DNA from: Acidocella sp.
GTDB lineage: Bacteria > Pseudomonadota > Alphaproteobacteria > Acetobacterales > Acetobacteraceae
Assembly (NCBI RefSeq): GCF_013044125.1
Contig: NZ_JABEVC010000220.1
Location: 1-61,849 of the forward strand
Direction: 5' to 3'
DNA length: 61,849 nt
How positions within the stretch are numbered: the stretch's first letter is position 1; each line of letters starts with the position of its first letter. Below, piece by piece: positions 51,850 to 60,030 of the stretch. Below the pieces are notes generated by a model, which saw only the letters and a list, made by a program, of their open reading frames with translations, had not been told where the DNA came from and ran no database searches. The translations under genes and the position numbers were made by a program.

Positions 51850-51904
51850 TCACGATTTTATATAATAACGCCGAAGCATAATAACACAGAGAGGACCCCG
51901 CGCC

Positions 51905-52954
51905 ATGAAAACCCGCCGCATCGTGCTCGCCTCACGCCCCTCGGGCGTGCCGGTTGCCAGCAATTTCAAAACGGTGGAGCAAGAGATCGCCCCGCTCCAG
52001 GAAGGCGAAGTGCTGACCGAAAACCTCGTGTTCGCCATCGACCCCGCGGTGCGCGGCATGCTCGATGAAAAAGAGGACAGCTACCTGCCCGCCGTGCCGC
52101 TGGACGGGCTGATCCCGACCATGGTGCTCGGCCGGGTCATCGAATCGCGCAATCGCGGCTTCAAGGTTGGCGATTATGCCCGCGGCTTCATCGGCTGGGA
52201 GGAGCACAGCATCATCCCCGCTGACAATTTCGCCACCGAGAACGTCCATGTCGATCCCACCATACCGCTGAGCGCCTATATGGGCGCGCTCGGCTGGTCG
52301 GGCATCACCGCCTATATCGGGCTCAAGCGCATCGGCGAGATGAAGGCTGACAACGTCGTTGTTGTTAGCGCCGCGGCCGGCGCGGTGGGCAGCGCCGCTG
52401 GCCAGATCGCGCGGCTGAGCGGCTGCCGCGCCGTCGGCATCACCAGCACGGACAAACTGGCCGATGTCACCGGCCTGCTCGGCATGCACGCCGCCGTTGA
52501 CTACAAAACCGCCCCCGATCTCGCCGCCGCCATCCGCGAGGCCTGCGGCGGCAAGGGCGCCGATGTTTTCTTCGATAACGTCGGCGGCAAAATCCTGGAC
52601 ACCATGCTGCCGCTGATGGCGGCCTTCGGGCGCATCGTGGTCTGCGGCATGGTGGCTGATTACAACCAGGGCAAGGATGTCTACGCCTTCCGTAATTTGT
52701 GGCAGGTGCTGGTCCACCGTGTCACCATGCGCGGCTTCCTGGCCTATGAGCATCTGGACATGCTGGCCGAAGCGGAATCAACGCTGGCCGGCTGGATCAA
52801 ATCAGGCCAGCTCAAAGCCACCGAAAACGTCGCCACCGGACTTGAGCGCGCGCCGGATGCCTTTATCCGCCTGATGTCGGGCCAGACCAAAGGCAAAACC
52901 ATCGTGCGCCTGCGCGATGATGTCTCAACCCTGGCCGATCTCAAACTTTCCTGA
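51905..52954 (+). CDS. NADP-dependent alkenal/enone reductase (PTGR family)
   Basis: LASRPSG, GITAYIGL, SAAAGAVGS, FFDNVGG. Confidence 0.9.
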   Translation: MKTRRIVLASRPSGVPVASNFKTVEQEIAPLQEGEVLTENLVFAIDPAVRGMLDEKEDSYLPAVPLDGLIPTMVLGRVIESRNRGFKVGDYARGFIGWEEHSIIPADNFATENVHVDPTIPLSAYMGALGWSGITAYIGLKRIGEMKADNVVVVSAAAGAVGSAAGQIARLSGCRAVGITSTDKLADVTGLLGMHAAVDYKTAPDLAAAIREACGGKGADVFFDNVGGKILDTMLPLMAAFGRIVVCGMVADYNQGKDVYAFRNLWQVLVHRVTMRGFLAYEHLDMLAEAESTLAGWIKSGQLKATENVATGLERAPDAFIRLMSGQTKGKTIVRLRDDVSTLADLKLS

Positions 52955-52971
52955 GCGCCGGATAAAAAACA

Positions 52972-53010
52972 GCCAGAGCCCGGCCGCTTTAAAGGCGATC
53001 AGGCTCTGGC
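52972..53010. terminator. Hairpin at convergent gene ends
   Basis: GCCAGAGCC ... GGCTCTGGC, T-tract follows on minus strand. Confidence 0.5.
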
Positions 53011-53366
53011 CGGGTCACCGGCAGATGCTCAGGCCCCGGCGCCTCATCGGGCACGGCAACCTCGATCCAGCCTTGGGCATCCTCGCGTAGTTCGAAGCGC
53101 ATCAGCGGCTTGTAGTCCACCGCCCCCATGCAGCTGCCATCCTCAAGCTTGAAGCGCGCTCCGTGCAACGGGCACATGATGGCGCCGCGCCGCACCCGCC
53201 CATCGGGCGCAAAACTCGCGGCCTGGTGCGTGCAGCGGTTGATGAGGGCATGGAGCCTTCCCTCATCGCGCACCACCAGCACCGGCCAGCGGTTGACGAC
53301 AAAAGCCTGCAACGACCTCTCCGCAATGGCGGCGGCCATGATAACCCGATGAAAACTATGAGACAT
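52989..53366 (-). CDS. Rieske [2Fe-2S] ferredoxin
   Basis: CTHQ...CPLHGARF, 125 aa. Confidence 0.88.
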   Translation of the reverse strand: MSHSFHRVIMAAAIAERSLQAFVVNRWPVLVVRDEGRLHALINRCTHQAASFAPDGRVRRGAIMCPLHGARFKLEDGSCMGAVDYKPLMRFELREDAQGWIEVAVPDEAPGPEHLPVTRPEPDRL

Positions 53367-53404
53367 TCTGGTATTCCACTCCGGCGTGACTGCTTCTCAA
53401 CAAT

Positions 53405-53755
53405 TCACGTCTCTAGCGCACTCTCTGCTTCTTCAACCGTGAAGACCCGCATCGCCGCGCGGTCAAACAGGCGGTCCTCATCGGCCATCACCCATTGCGC
53501 CACCGCTGGCGCGCTGAGCGCGGCGATGCAACGGTCATGCGCGGCGCGGTCGGGGAAGCTGATCTCGGTGATCACGTCGAAATCGGGCAGCTCCAAATCC
53601 GGGCCAACCGGCGCAACATACCGGCGGACATAGCGCCGCGCGTACCCGGCCAGCACCCGCTCGCCAACCAGCCGGTGGTGGGTCTCATAATAATCCCGGA
53701 ACGCTTCAGCCGTCATGCCCGGCCGGCGCTTGAGCAAAGTGATGCGCGTGAACAC
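53405..53755 (-). CDS. EthD-domain protein
   Basis: LKRRPGMTAEAFRDYYETHH, FDVITE, DEDRLFD. Confidence 0.85.
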   Translation of the reverse strand: MFTRITLLKRRPGMTAEAFRDYYETHHRLVGERVLAGYARRYVRRYVAPVGPDLELPDFDVITEISFPDRAAHDRCIAALSAPAVAQWVMADEDRLFDRAAMRVFTVEEAESALET

Positions 53756-53759
53756 GGTC

Positions 53760-54863
53760 TCAGGCCGCCTTCGTCAGTTGCACATAATGGCGCAGGTCCC
53801 ACTCGGAATCTCCCAGCAGCGAGGCGAGCAGCAGCGTGCGCTTGAAGGCCTGGCCCACCATCAGCTCCTCGGTCGTGCCGATGCCGCCATGGAGCTGCAC
53901 CGCCTCCTCGGCGATATTGCGGGCGAACCCGCTGATCAGGGCCTTCGCGCCAATGATCGCGCGATGCGCCTCGGCCGTGCCCGGCGTCTGGGCGGCGGCG
54001 CGGTAGAGCTGCGAGCGGCTGAGCTCCAACAGCACATAGCCGTCAGCCAGGCGGTGCTGCACGGCCTGAAACCGGCCGATCGGCTGGCCGAACTGCTGGC
54101 GCGTCTTCACATATTCCAGCGTCGCCTCGAACATATGGGTCATCAACCCCACCAGCTCGGCACAGATCGCAAGCCGCGCCTGGTCCAGCACCTCCTCGAA
54201 ACACGCCGCCGCGCCTGGCATGTATTGCGCCGGGGTCTCCTGAAAGCTGATGTCGCTGGCAACCGCGCCATCAACCAGCCGGTAGTCCGTGCGCCTCACC
54301 CCGGCGGCCTGTGCCTCCACCCGGTACAGCCCGGTCACCCCCGCCTCATCGCAGGCGCTCACCAGCAGAACATCCGCGAACCCGCCGCCGATCACGCAAA
54401 TCTTCTGGCCGTTGAGCCGCACCGCACCGCGCAGCCCCGCCGCCCTCGTTTGCGGCCGCGCCGGCAAAAACCGGCCCGCGCGCTCCAGATGCGCCAGCGC
54501 CGGCAGGCAATCACCGGCAATAATCCGGGGCAGCAACTCCGCCTTCATCGCCTCGGACCCGCCACGTTCGATCAGCGAAGCGGCGATGAGAACAACAGGC
54601 AGAAACGGCTCCACGGCCACCCCCTTGCCCAGCGCCTCGGCAACAGTGATCAACTCAACAGCCCCCCCGCCGATCCCGCCGTTCGCCTCCGAAAACGGCA
54701 AGGCCAGCAGACCCGTCCCGGCCAGAATTTTCCAGTTTTCCGGCAAATAACCCCGCGGCCCGGCAATATAGCCCAACCGGCGGATCGGATCGTAATGGCC
54801 GGCCACAAACCGCTCCACCAGATCCCGCAGCATCATCTGTTCTTGGTTCAGATCGAAGTTCAC
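53760..54863 (-). CDS. Acyl-CoA dehydrogenase, PimD-like subunit
   Basis: RQQFGQPIGRFQAVQH, AVQLHGGIG; GTG with GGGGAG RBS. Confidence 0.85.
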   Translation of the reverse strand: MNFDLNQEQMMLRDLVERFVAGHYDPIRRLGYIAGPRGYLPENWKILAGTGLLALPFSEANGGIGGGAVELITVAEALGKGVAVEPFLPVVLIAASLIERGGSEAMKAELLPRIIAGDCLPALAHLERAGRFLPARPQTRAAGLRGAVRLNGQKICVIGGGFADVLLVSACDEAGVTGLYRVEAQAAGVRRTDYRLVDGAVASDISFQETPAQYMPGAAACFEEVLDQARLAICAELVGLMTHMFEATLEYVKTRQQFGQPIGRFQAVQHRLADGYVLLELSRSQLYRAAAQTPGTAEAHRAIIGAKALISGFARNIAEEAVQLHGGIGTTEELMVGQAFKRTLLLASLLGDSEWDLRHYVQLTKAA

Positions 54864-54965
54864 GCTGGTGTCTCCCCTAACGCTTCCCAATCCGGCAGCC
54901 GCCGTTTGAGGGCCCTTTTGTCCGCGACGTTATGCTAAATCTGACCCTGTCAGCTTGCCATTCCT

Positions 54966-54985
54966 ACCTGCCACTAGTTATAGGT
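54966..54985. promoter_or_regulatory. lux-box-like site 1
   Basis: ACCTGCCACTAGTTATAGGT, 20 bp, ACCT-N12-AGGT. Confidence 0.7.
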
Positions 54986-55030
54986 TTTGAACGCTTGTCT
55001 AAGTAAGTTGGGGAGGATAGCGTCACCACC

Positions 55031-55888
55031 ATGGAGCGAACGCGCGAACCCGTGTCCGCCGGTACGGACCACATCATCCCGGCCGATCCGCTGCCATTCG
55101 GGCGGCGCGGCATTGACATATCCTCGCTCCAGGACATCCGCCCCGCCGCAGAGGCACTGCGCGACATGGCGCGGGATCTGAGCAACTTCCGGGTCGCCGT
55201 CTGCGCCAACATCGCCTCCAAACTGCCGGTGACTGACGCGCAGGGCAACGCCCTGGCCCAGACCGTTTTCGGCTGGCCCTGCTCCAAAGACCAATGGTGG
55301 AAAAAACCGCTGCTGGCCCTCAGCTCGCCCCTCATCTTCGTCTGCCGCTATGAGAGCGAACCCTTCTGGGCCAATGCGCGCGGCATCCATACGCGCGCGC
55401 CCAATCCGCTGCTCAGCCAGATTGATTTGTCGCATTTCCGGGAGTCGGTGAACGCCGAATCCTTCATCGTGGTGCCCGTGCATTTGCCCTTCGGCCAGAT
55501 CGGCGCCATCAGCTACTCGCCCATGGAGCCCGGACGCGAGGATCTCTCGCGCGAATTCGCGCTCTATGCCGATATTCTGGAATATCACGGCCGGCGCTTC
55601 ATCAACGGCTATTCGCGGGTCACCAGCCAGCGCCCGTGGATCGCGCGCAACTGCCGTCTCTCCAAGCGCGAGGTGGAATGCCTGCGCTGGGCCGCCCTGG
55701 GCAAGACCGATGCGGAAATCGCCACGATTCTGGGCCGCAGCTGCGCCACGGTGCGCTTTCACATCCATAACGCCGCAACCAAGCTGGAAGCCGTGAACCG
55801 TAGCCAGACCGTCTTCAAGGCAACGCAGCTTGGCTATCTCGGCAGCGTCGCGGCCATATCCTCAGCGCCCGCGCAGCCGCACGGCTGA
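55031..55888 (+). CDS. LuxR-family regulator with divergent ligand-binding domain (LuxR solo)
   Basis: C-terminal LSKREVECLRWAALGKTDAEIATIL HTH; no luxI in window. Confidence 0.88.
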   Translation: MERTREPVSAGTDHIIPADPLPFGRRGIDISSLQDIRPAAEALRDMARDLSNFRVAVCANIASKLPVTDAQGNALAQTVFGWPCSKDQWWKKPLLALSSPLIFVCRYESEPFWANARGIHTRAPNPLLSQIDLSHFRESVNAESFIVVPVHLPFGQIGAISYSPMEPGREDLSREFALYADILEYHGRRFINGYSRVTSQRPWIARNCRLSKREVECLRWAALGKTDAEIATILGRSCATVRFHIHNAATKLEAVNRSQTVFKATQLGYLGSVAAISSAPAQPHG

Positions 55889-55921
55889 GCGGCGCGCCTG
55901 CGCGGGCAACCCACTTAAACA

Positions 55922-55968
55922 ACCTAGCTAAATTCACAGAAGCCAGCGCGGCGCAGGGCTTGCATAAT
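55922..55968 (+). promoter_or_regulatory. lux-box-like site 2 plus -10 element
   Basis: ACCTAGCTAAATTCACAGAA (55922-55941), CATAAT at 55963. Confidence 0.6.
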
Positions 55969-56026
55969 CGGCCGCAGCGCGCGCGGGCGGGCAATCATTT
56001 TCGGTATGACAGGAATTTGAGGAAAA

Positions 56027-57235
56027 ATGGATCTGCAGTTCACGCATGAGGAAGACGCCTTCCAGCAGAGCGTGCGGGCGTTTCTGGCAACGCATCTGGC
56101 GCCGCATCTGCGCGCGGGCGCGGTGGCAACACCCGGCGGGTTCGTGGAGCCTGACATCGGCCGCGAATGGCAGCGCATCCTGCATGAAAAAGGCTGGCTT
56201 GCCTCCAACTGGCCGGCCGATTGCGGCGGTACGGGCTGGACGCCGGTGCAGCGCTACATTTTCGAGAAGGAATGCGCCCTCGCCGGCGCGCCAAGCCTGC
56301 CGCTGCTCAGCCTCAAGCTGCTAGGGCCGGTGATCTGCAAGTTCGGCACCCCCAGGCAGAAGGCGGAGATTCTGCCCCGCATCCTCGATGGCAGCGACTA
56401 CTGGTGCCAGGGCTTCTCGGAGCCGGGCGCGGGGTCGGATCTCGCCAGCCTCAAAACCCGGGCGGAGCGGCGCGGCGATGTCTACGTCATCAACGGCCGC
56501 AAATTATGGACCACCCACGCGCACCATGCGAATAAAATCTTCTGCCTGGTCCGCACCGACCCCGGCGCCAAGCCCCAGAAGGGCATCAGCTTCCTGCTGG
56601 TGGACATGAACCAGCCCGGCATCGAGGTCCGCCCGATCAAGGGTCTGGCCGGCGACCATGAGGTGAACGAGGTATTTCTCGATGATGTGGTGACCCCGGT
56701 TGAAAACCTGGTCGGCGCGGCGGGCATGGGCTGGACCATCGCCAAATTCCTCCTTGAGAATGAGCGCGGCGGCGCCTGCTACGCGCCCAAGCTGCTCTGG
56801 GGTATCCAGAAGCTACGCCTCTGCGCCGCCCGAGAGCCCAATGGCGAGGGCGCCACCATGGCCGATGACCCCGCCTTCATGGCCGATCTCGCCCGGCTGG
56901 AGCTGAGCGCGCAAGCACTGGAAATGACCGAGCTGCGCGTCCTGGCCGATCTGGCGCAGGGCCGGCCGCCCGGTCCGCAAACCTCGCTCGCCAAACTCAC
57001 CGCCTCGGGCCTGCGCCAGCAAATCGACGCGATGGCCGCCCGGCTCTACGGCTATGCCGGGCTGGCGCTGGAGCGGCAGCGCCCGCTGTATGGCGAAAAT
57101 GCCCCCGCCCCGCTGTACCACAAGGCCGCCCAGCTTGCCGCCCCGCGCTATCTCAACAGCCTCGCCTGGACCATTTTCGGCGGCACCAACGAGATCCAGC
57201 GCACGATCATCGCCAAAACCGTGCTCGGCCTGTAG
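56027..57235 (+). CDS. Acyl-CoA dehydrogenase, PimC-like subunit
   Basis: WCQGFSEPGAGSDLASL, LENERG, IFGGTNEIQR. Confidence 0.88.
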   Translation: MDLQFTHEEDAFQQSVRAFLATHLAPHLRAGAVATPGGFVEPDIGREWQRILHEKGWLASNWPADCGGTGWTPVQRYIFEKECALAGAPSLPLLSLKLLGPVICKFGTPRQKAEILPRILDGSDYWCQGFSEPGAGSDLASLKTRAERRGDVYVINGRKLWTTHAHHANKIFCLVRTDPGAKPQKGISFLLVDMNQPGIEVRPIKGLAGDHEVNEVFLDDVVTPVENLVGAAGMGWTIAKFLLENERGGACYAPKLLWGIQKLRLCAAREPNGEGATMADDPAFMADLARLELSAQALEMTELRVLADLAQGRPPGPQTSLAKLTASGLRQQIDAMAARLYGYAGLALERQRPLYGENAPAPLYHKAAQLAAPRYLNSLAWTIFGGTNEIQRTIIAKTVLGL

Positions 57236-57243
57236 GCTCCCCC

Positions 57244-57930
57244 TCAGTCGCGGGCGCCAAAGCCCAGAAATCCCGCGCTGAAAAACGGAACCAGGCGCTC
57301 AACCATGGCGGCGAAATCGCCCGATTTCAGCGCCCCGCCCGACTGGCGGTCCAGCATGCCGCTCTCCACGAGAATATGCGTGATCGCCGCCTGATAGAAA
57401 AAGAACCCCCATTGCACATCCAGCGCGGCCATTTCAGGATGAATAGCCGCCAGCGCCTTCACGAAGGCCTGAATCAGGCTGTCATAATGCTGCCTGAACG
57501 GCGAGACGTAATCCTCCTCCTGCGGGTGGTTGGCCACGAAGGCCAGCAGCCGGATGTAATTTTTCCATCCTGGGCCGCCATGCAGCAGCCGCTCCGCAAT
57601 CGGGCTGATCAGCGCAGCGATAATCGCCTCGCGCCGCACCCGGGCGCTGCCCCTCACCTGCATCGCCCCGGCCAGCGCCTGCGCGATGCCGCCCGCATGC
57701 TCGCCCGCCCGCCGCTCGATGACCGCGCTGAACAAATTCTCCTTGGACCCGAAATGATAATGCGACAGCGCAAGCGGCACCCCGGCCTCGGCCGCGATGT
57801 CGCGCAGGCTCACGCCATAAAAGCCGCGGCGGGCAAACAGCGCCTCGGCGGAATCCAGAATCCGCGCCGCCGTTTCCGGCGCCCGGCGGCGGTCAACCTT
57901 GGGCACCGCCGCATCCACCGAACCTGACAT
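57244..57930 (-). CDS. TetR-family regulator
   Basis: ILDSAEALFARRGFYGVSLRDIA...HYHFGSKE; start uncertain (57930, 57951 or 57969). Confidence 0.87.
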   Translation of the reverse strand: MSGSVDAAVPKVDRRRAPETAARILDSAEALFARRGFYGVSLRDIAAEAGVPLALSHYHFGSKENLFSAVIERRAGEHAGGIAQALAGAMQVRGSARVRREAIIAALISPIAERLLHGGPGWKNYIRLLAFVANHPQEEDYVSPFRQHYDSLIQAFVKALAAIHPEMAALDVQWGFFFYQAAITHILVESGMLDRQSGGALKSGDFAAMVERLVPFFSAGFLGFGARD

Positions 57931-57941
57931 TTTTAATAGGT
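57922..57941. promoter_or_regulatory. lux-box-like site 3
   Basis: ACCTGACATTTTTAATAGGT, 20 bp, ACCTG-N10-TAGGT as in site 1. Confidence 0.65.
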
Positions 57942-58068
57942 TGCCCCTCATTTGCACGCCTTGTTTCAAGTAGATCTTGACAATTCACAAGCCCAACGCA
58001 ACTATTTAGTCGGTCGTTCAATAAAAAACAACCAAGAGATATAAGTAAAGAACCAAGAGAGGGTTACG

Positions 58069-59385
58069 ATGGCACTTGCGGTGAAAGACTCCGATCCCAC
58101 CCCGTTTGATCCACCGTTGCGCGGCGATCCCATCACAGGCGAACGCTATTACTCAACGCGCTGGGCCGATGCGGAGTGGAACAAACTCTGGACCCGGGTC
58201 TGGCATGTTGGCGGCATGGCGGCTGACCTGCTCGATCCCGGTGATTTCCTGACCCACAACATCGGCCAGGAATCGGTGGTGATGCTGCGCCAGACGGACG
58301 GATCAATCCGCGCCTTCTACAATGCCTGCCTGCATCGCGGCTACCGCCTGGCCTGGACCGAGGTTGGCGGCGCGCCGCAACTCGTATGCGGCTATCACGG
58401 CTGGCGCTACAATCCTGATGGCATGCTGGCCCATGTGCAGGACCCGGACGATTTTCCCGGCGGCTCGCCCTGCGGCAAGCATCGCCTCACGGAAATCGCC
58501 TGCGAGGTCTGGGGCGGGCTCGTCTGGTTCAACATGGACCGCAGCGGCCCCCGCCTGCGCGAATGGCTGGGCGAAAATGTCGCGAACCATATGGAACAAT
58601 GGCAGATGGATAAAATGACCCGCGTCTACGCGGTCTCTTCCAACGTGCCCTGCAACTGGAAGATCGTCCGCGACAATTTCAACGAGAGCTACCACCTGCC
58701 CACCCTGCACCCCCAAATCTCGACCGTCATCAACGATGACCATACCGACTGCGTTTTCCGCATCTACGCGGATGTCGGCCATAACATGATGCGCATGAAG
58801 GGGCTGCAACCCTCCGCGCGCTACGCGGACTGCCACAAGCTGGACGCCCCGCTGGTGCAGGCGCTGGAATACTGGGGGCTGGACCCAGCACCTTTCGCCA
58901 ACAACGCCATGGCCGTGCGCGCGGCGATCATCGCCCGCAAGCGCGCGGCGGGCGCGCAAATGGGCTATGCGCATTACGCGGCGATGGGTGATGAGGAAAT
59001 CGTCGATTATTTCCACTTCACCCTCTGGCCCAACACCACCTTCACCATGTGGCCCGACGGCGTGCAGATCCTGCGCTCCGAGCCGGACCCGAAAGACCCC
59101 GAACGCTGCATCTTCGACCATTGGTTCATGGCGCACCAGATCGGCGGCAGCGATGTGGTCATCGGCCCCAACGGCCCCACCCCGTTTCAGGCGATGGACC
59201 GCGAACACATCGTCTTTGGCGAAAAAACCCTGGGGCAGGTCGCGGATCAGGATCTCTCGGTCGCCATCGGCCAGCAGCTCGGGCTGCATTCGCGCGGCTT
59301 CCGCGGCGGCATTCTCGCCAAGCAGGAGAAGCGCATCCAGGCCTTCCATGAGCGCCTCAACGAGGCCTGCGGCATCCACAACTGA
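58069..59385 (+). CDS. Rieske non-heme iron oxygenase alpha subunit (3)
   Basis: CLHRG...CGYH; ESYHLPTLH...QD. Confidence 0.9.
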   Translation: MALAVKDSDPTPFDPPLRGDPITGERYYSTRWADAEWNKLWTRVWHVGGMAADLLDPGDFLTHNIGQESVVMLRQTDGSIRAFYNACLHRGYRLAWTEVGGAPQLVCGYHGWRYNPDGMLAHVQDPDDFPGGSPCGKHRLTEIACEVWGGLVWFNMDRSGPRLREWLGENVANHMEQWQMDKMTRVYAVSSNVPCNWKIVRDNFNESYHLPTLHPQISTVINDDHTDCVFRIYADVGHNMMRMKGLQPSARYADCHKLDAPLVQALEYWGLDPAPFANNAMAVRAAIIARKRAAGAQMGYAHYAAMGDEEIVDYFHFTLWPNTTFTMWPDGVQILRSEPDPKDPERCIFDHWFMAHQIGGSDVVIGPNGPTPFQAMDREHIVFGEKTLGQVADQDLSVAIGQQLGLHSRGFRGGILAKQEKRIQAFHERLNEACGIHN

Positions 59386-59427
59386 ACAAAACCACTCCGG
59401 GCGAAGTCTTTCAAAAATGGAACAAAC

Positions 59428-59862
59428 GTGATGTTTACAGGACCAATCGAAGACCGGCTGGCCATTCGTGAACTGGTCGAAACCTATGGCGACGCCGTAA
59501 CGCGCGCCGATCAGCAGGCGTGGGAACAGAACTGGACCGAGGATGCGGTGTGGACGCTCAACCTCCCCGGGCTGGAAAAGGTGGAGGGGCGCAAAGCCAT
59601 CGTGGCGCTTTGGGTCCAGGCCATGGCGGGTTATGAGTTCGTGCTCATGAGTTCCTCCCCCGGCGCGATCCAGGTGGAGGGAAACCACGCGACCGGCCGG
59701 TTTTATACCAGCGAGGTCGCCCGTTCCAAGGACGGCACAACCCAGCGGGTCTCCGGCCGGTATGAGGATGAGTACATAAAGCGGGAAGGCCGCTGGTACA
59801 TCCACCGGCGCACCTTCAAGATGCTGTATACCCAGGACGTGACCGGAAAAGCCGGCGCCTGA
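59428..59862 (+). CDS. SnoaL-like/NTF2 protein (BaiE/LinA-like fold)
   Basis: EDRLAIRELVETYGDA, WTEDAVW, GRYEDEY...W. Confidence 0.8.
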   Translation: MMFTGPIEDRLAIRELVETYGDAVTRADQQAWEQNWTEDAVWTLNLPGLEKVEGRKAIVALWVQAMAGYEFVLMSSSPGAIQVEGNHATGRFYTSEVARSKDGTTQRVSGRYEDEYIKREGRWYIHRRTFKMLYTQDVTGKAGA

Positions 59863-59904
59863 ATGCCAGCGCGCCGCCGCGAAGCCTCTGACCGGGCGGC
59901 GCCG

Positions 59905-59952
59905 CCCTATCAGATGTGCGAGTAGCCGCCGCGCGCGGATGAAAATTATGAT
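59905..59952 (+). promoter_or_regulatory. Weaker lux-box-like site 4 plus -10 element
   Basis: CCCTATCAGATGTGCGAGTA (CT-N12-AG), TATGAT at 59947; spacing as for sites 1 and 2. Confidence 0.4.
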
Positions 59953-60030
59953 GAATTCAACCAAAATCGGCACGCGGCGGCGCTAACCGCCAGACGCGCC
60001 CGCAAAAACGAATGACCAGGGAGATGAACG

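Noticed and set aside
58006-58021. Possible TetR operator TTAGTCGGTCGTTCAA
   Set aside because: Only about half palindromic; plausible position but weak
58303-59973. 556-aa minus-strand ORF
   Set aside because: Antisense shadow of Rieske 3 and NTF2 genes; no motifs; expected in high-GC coding DNA
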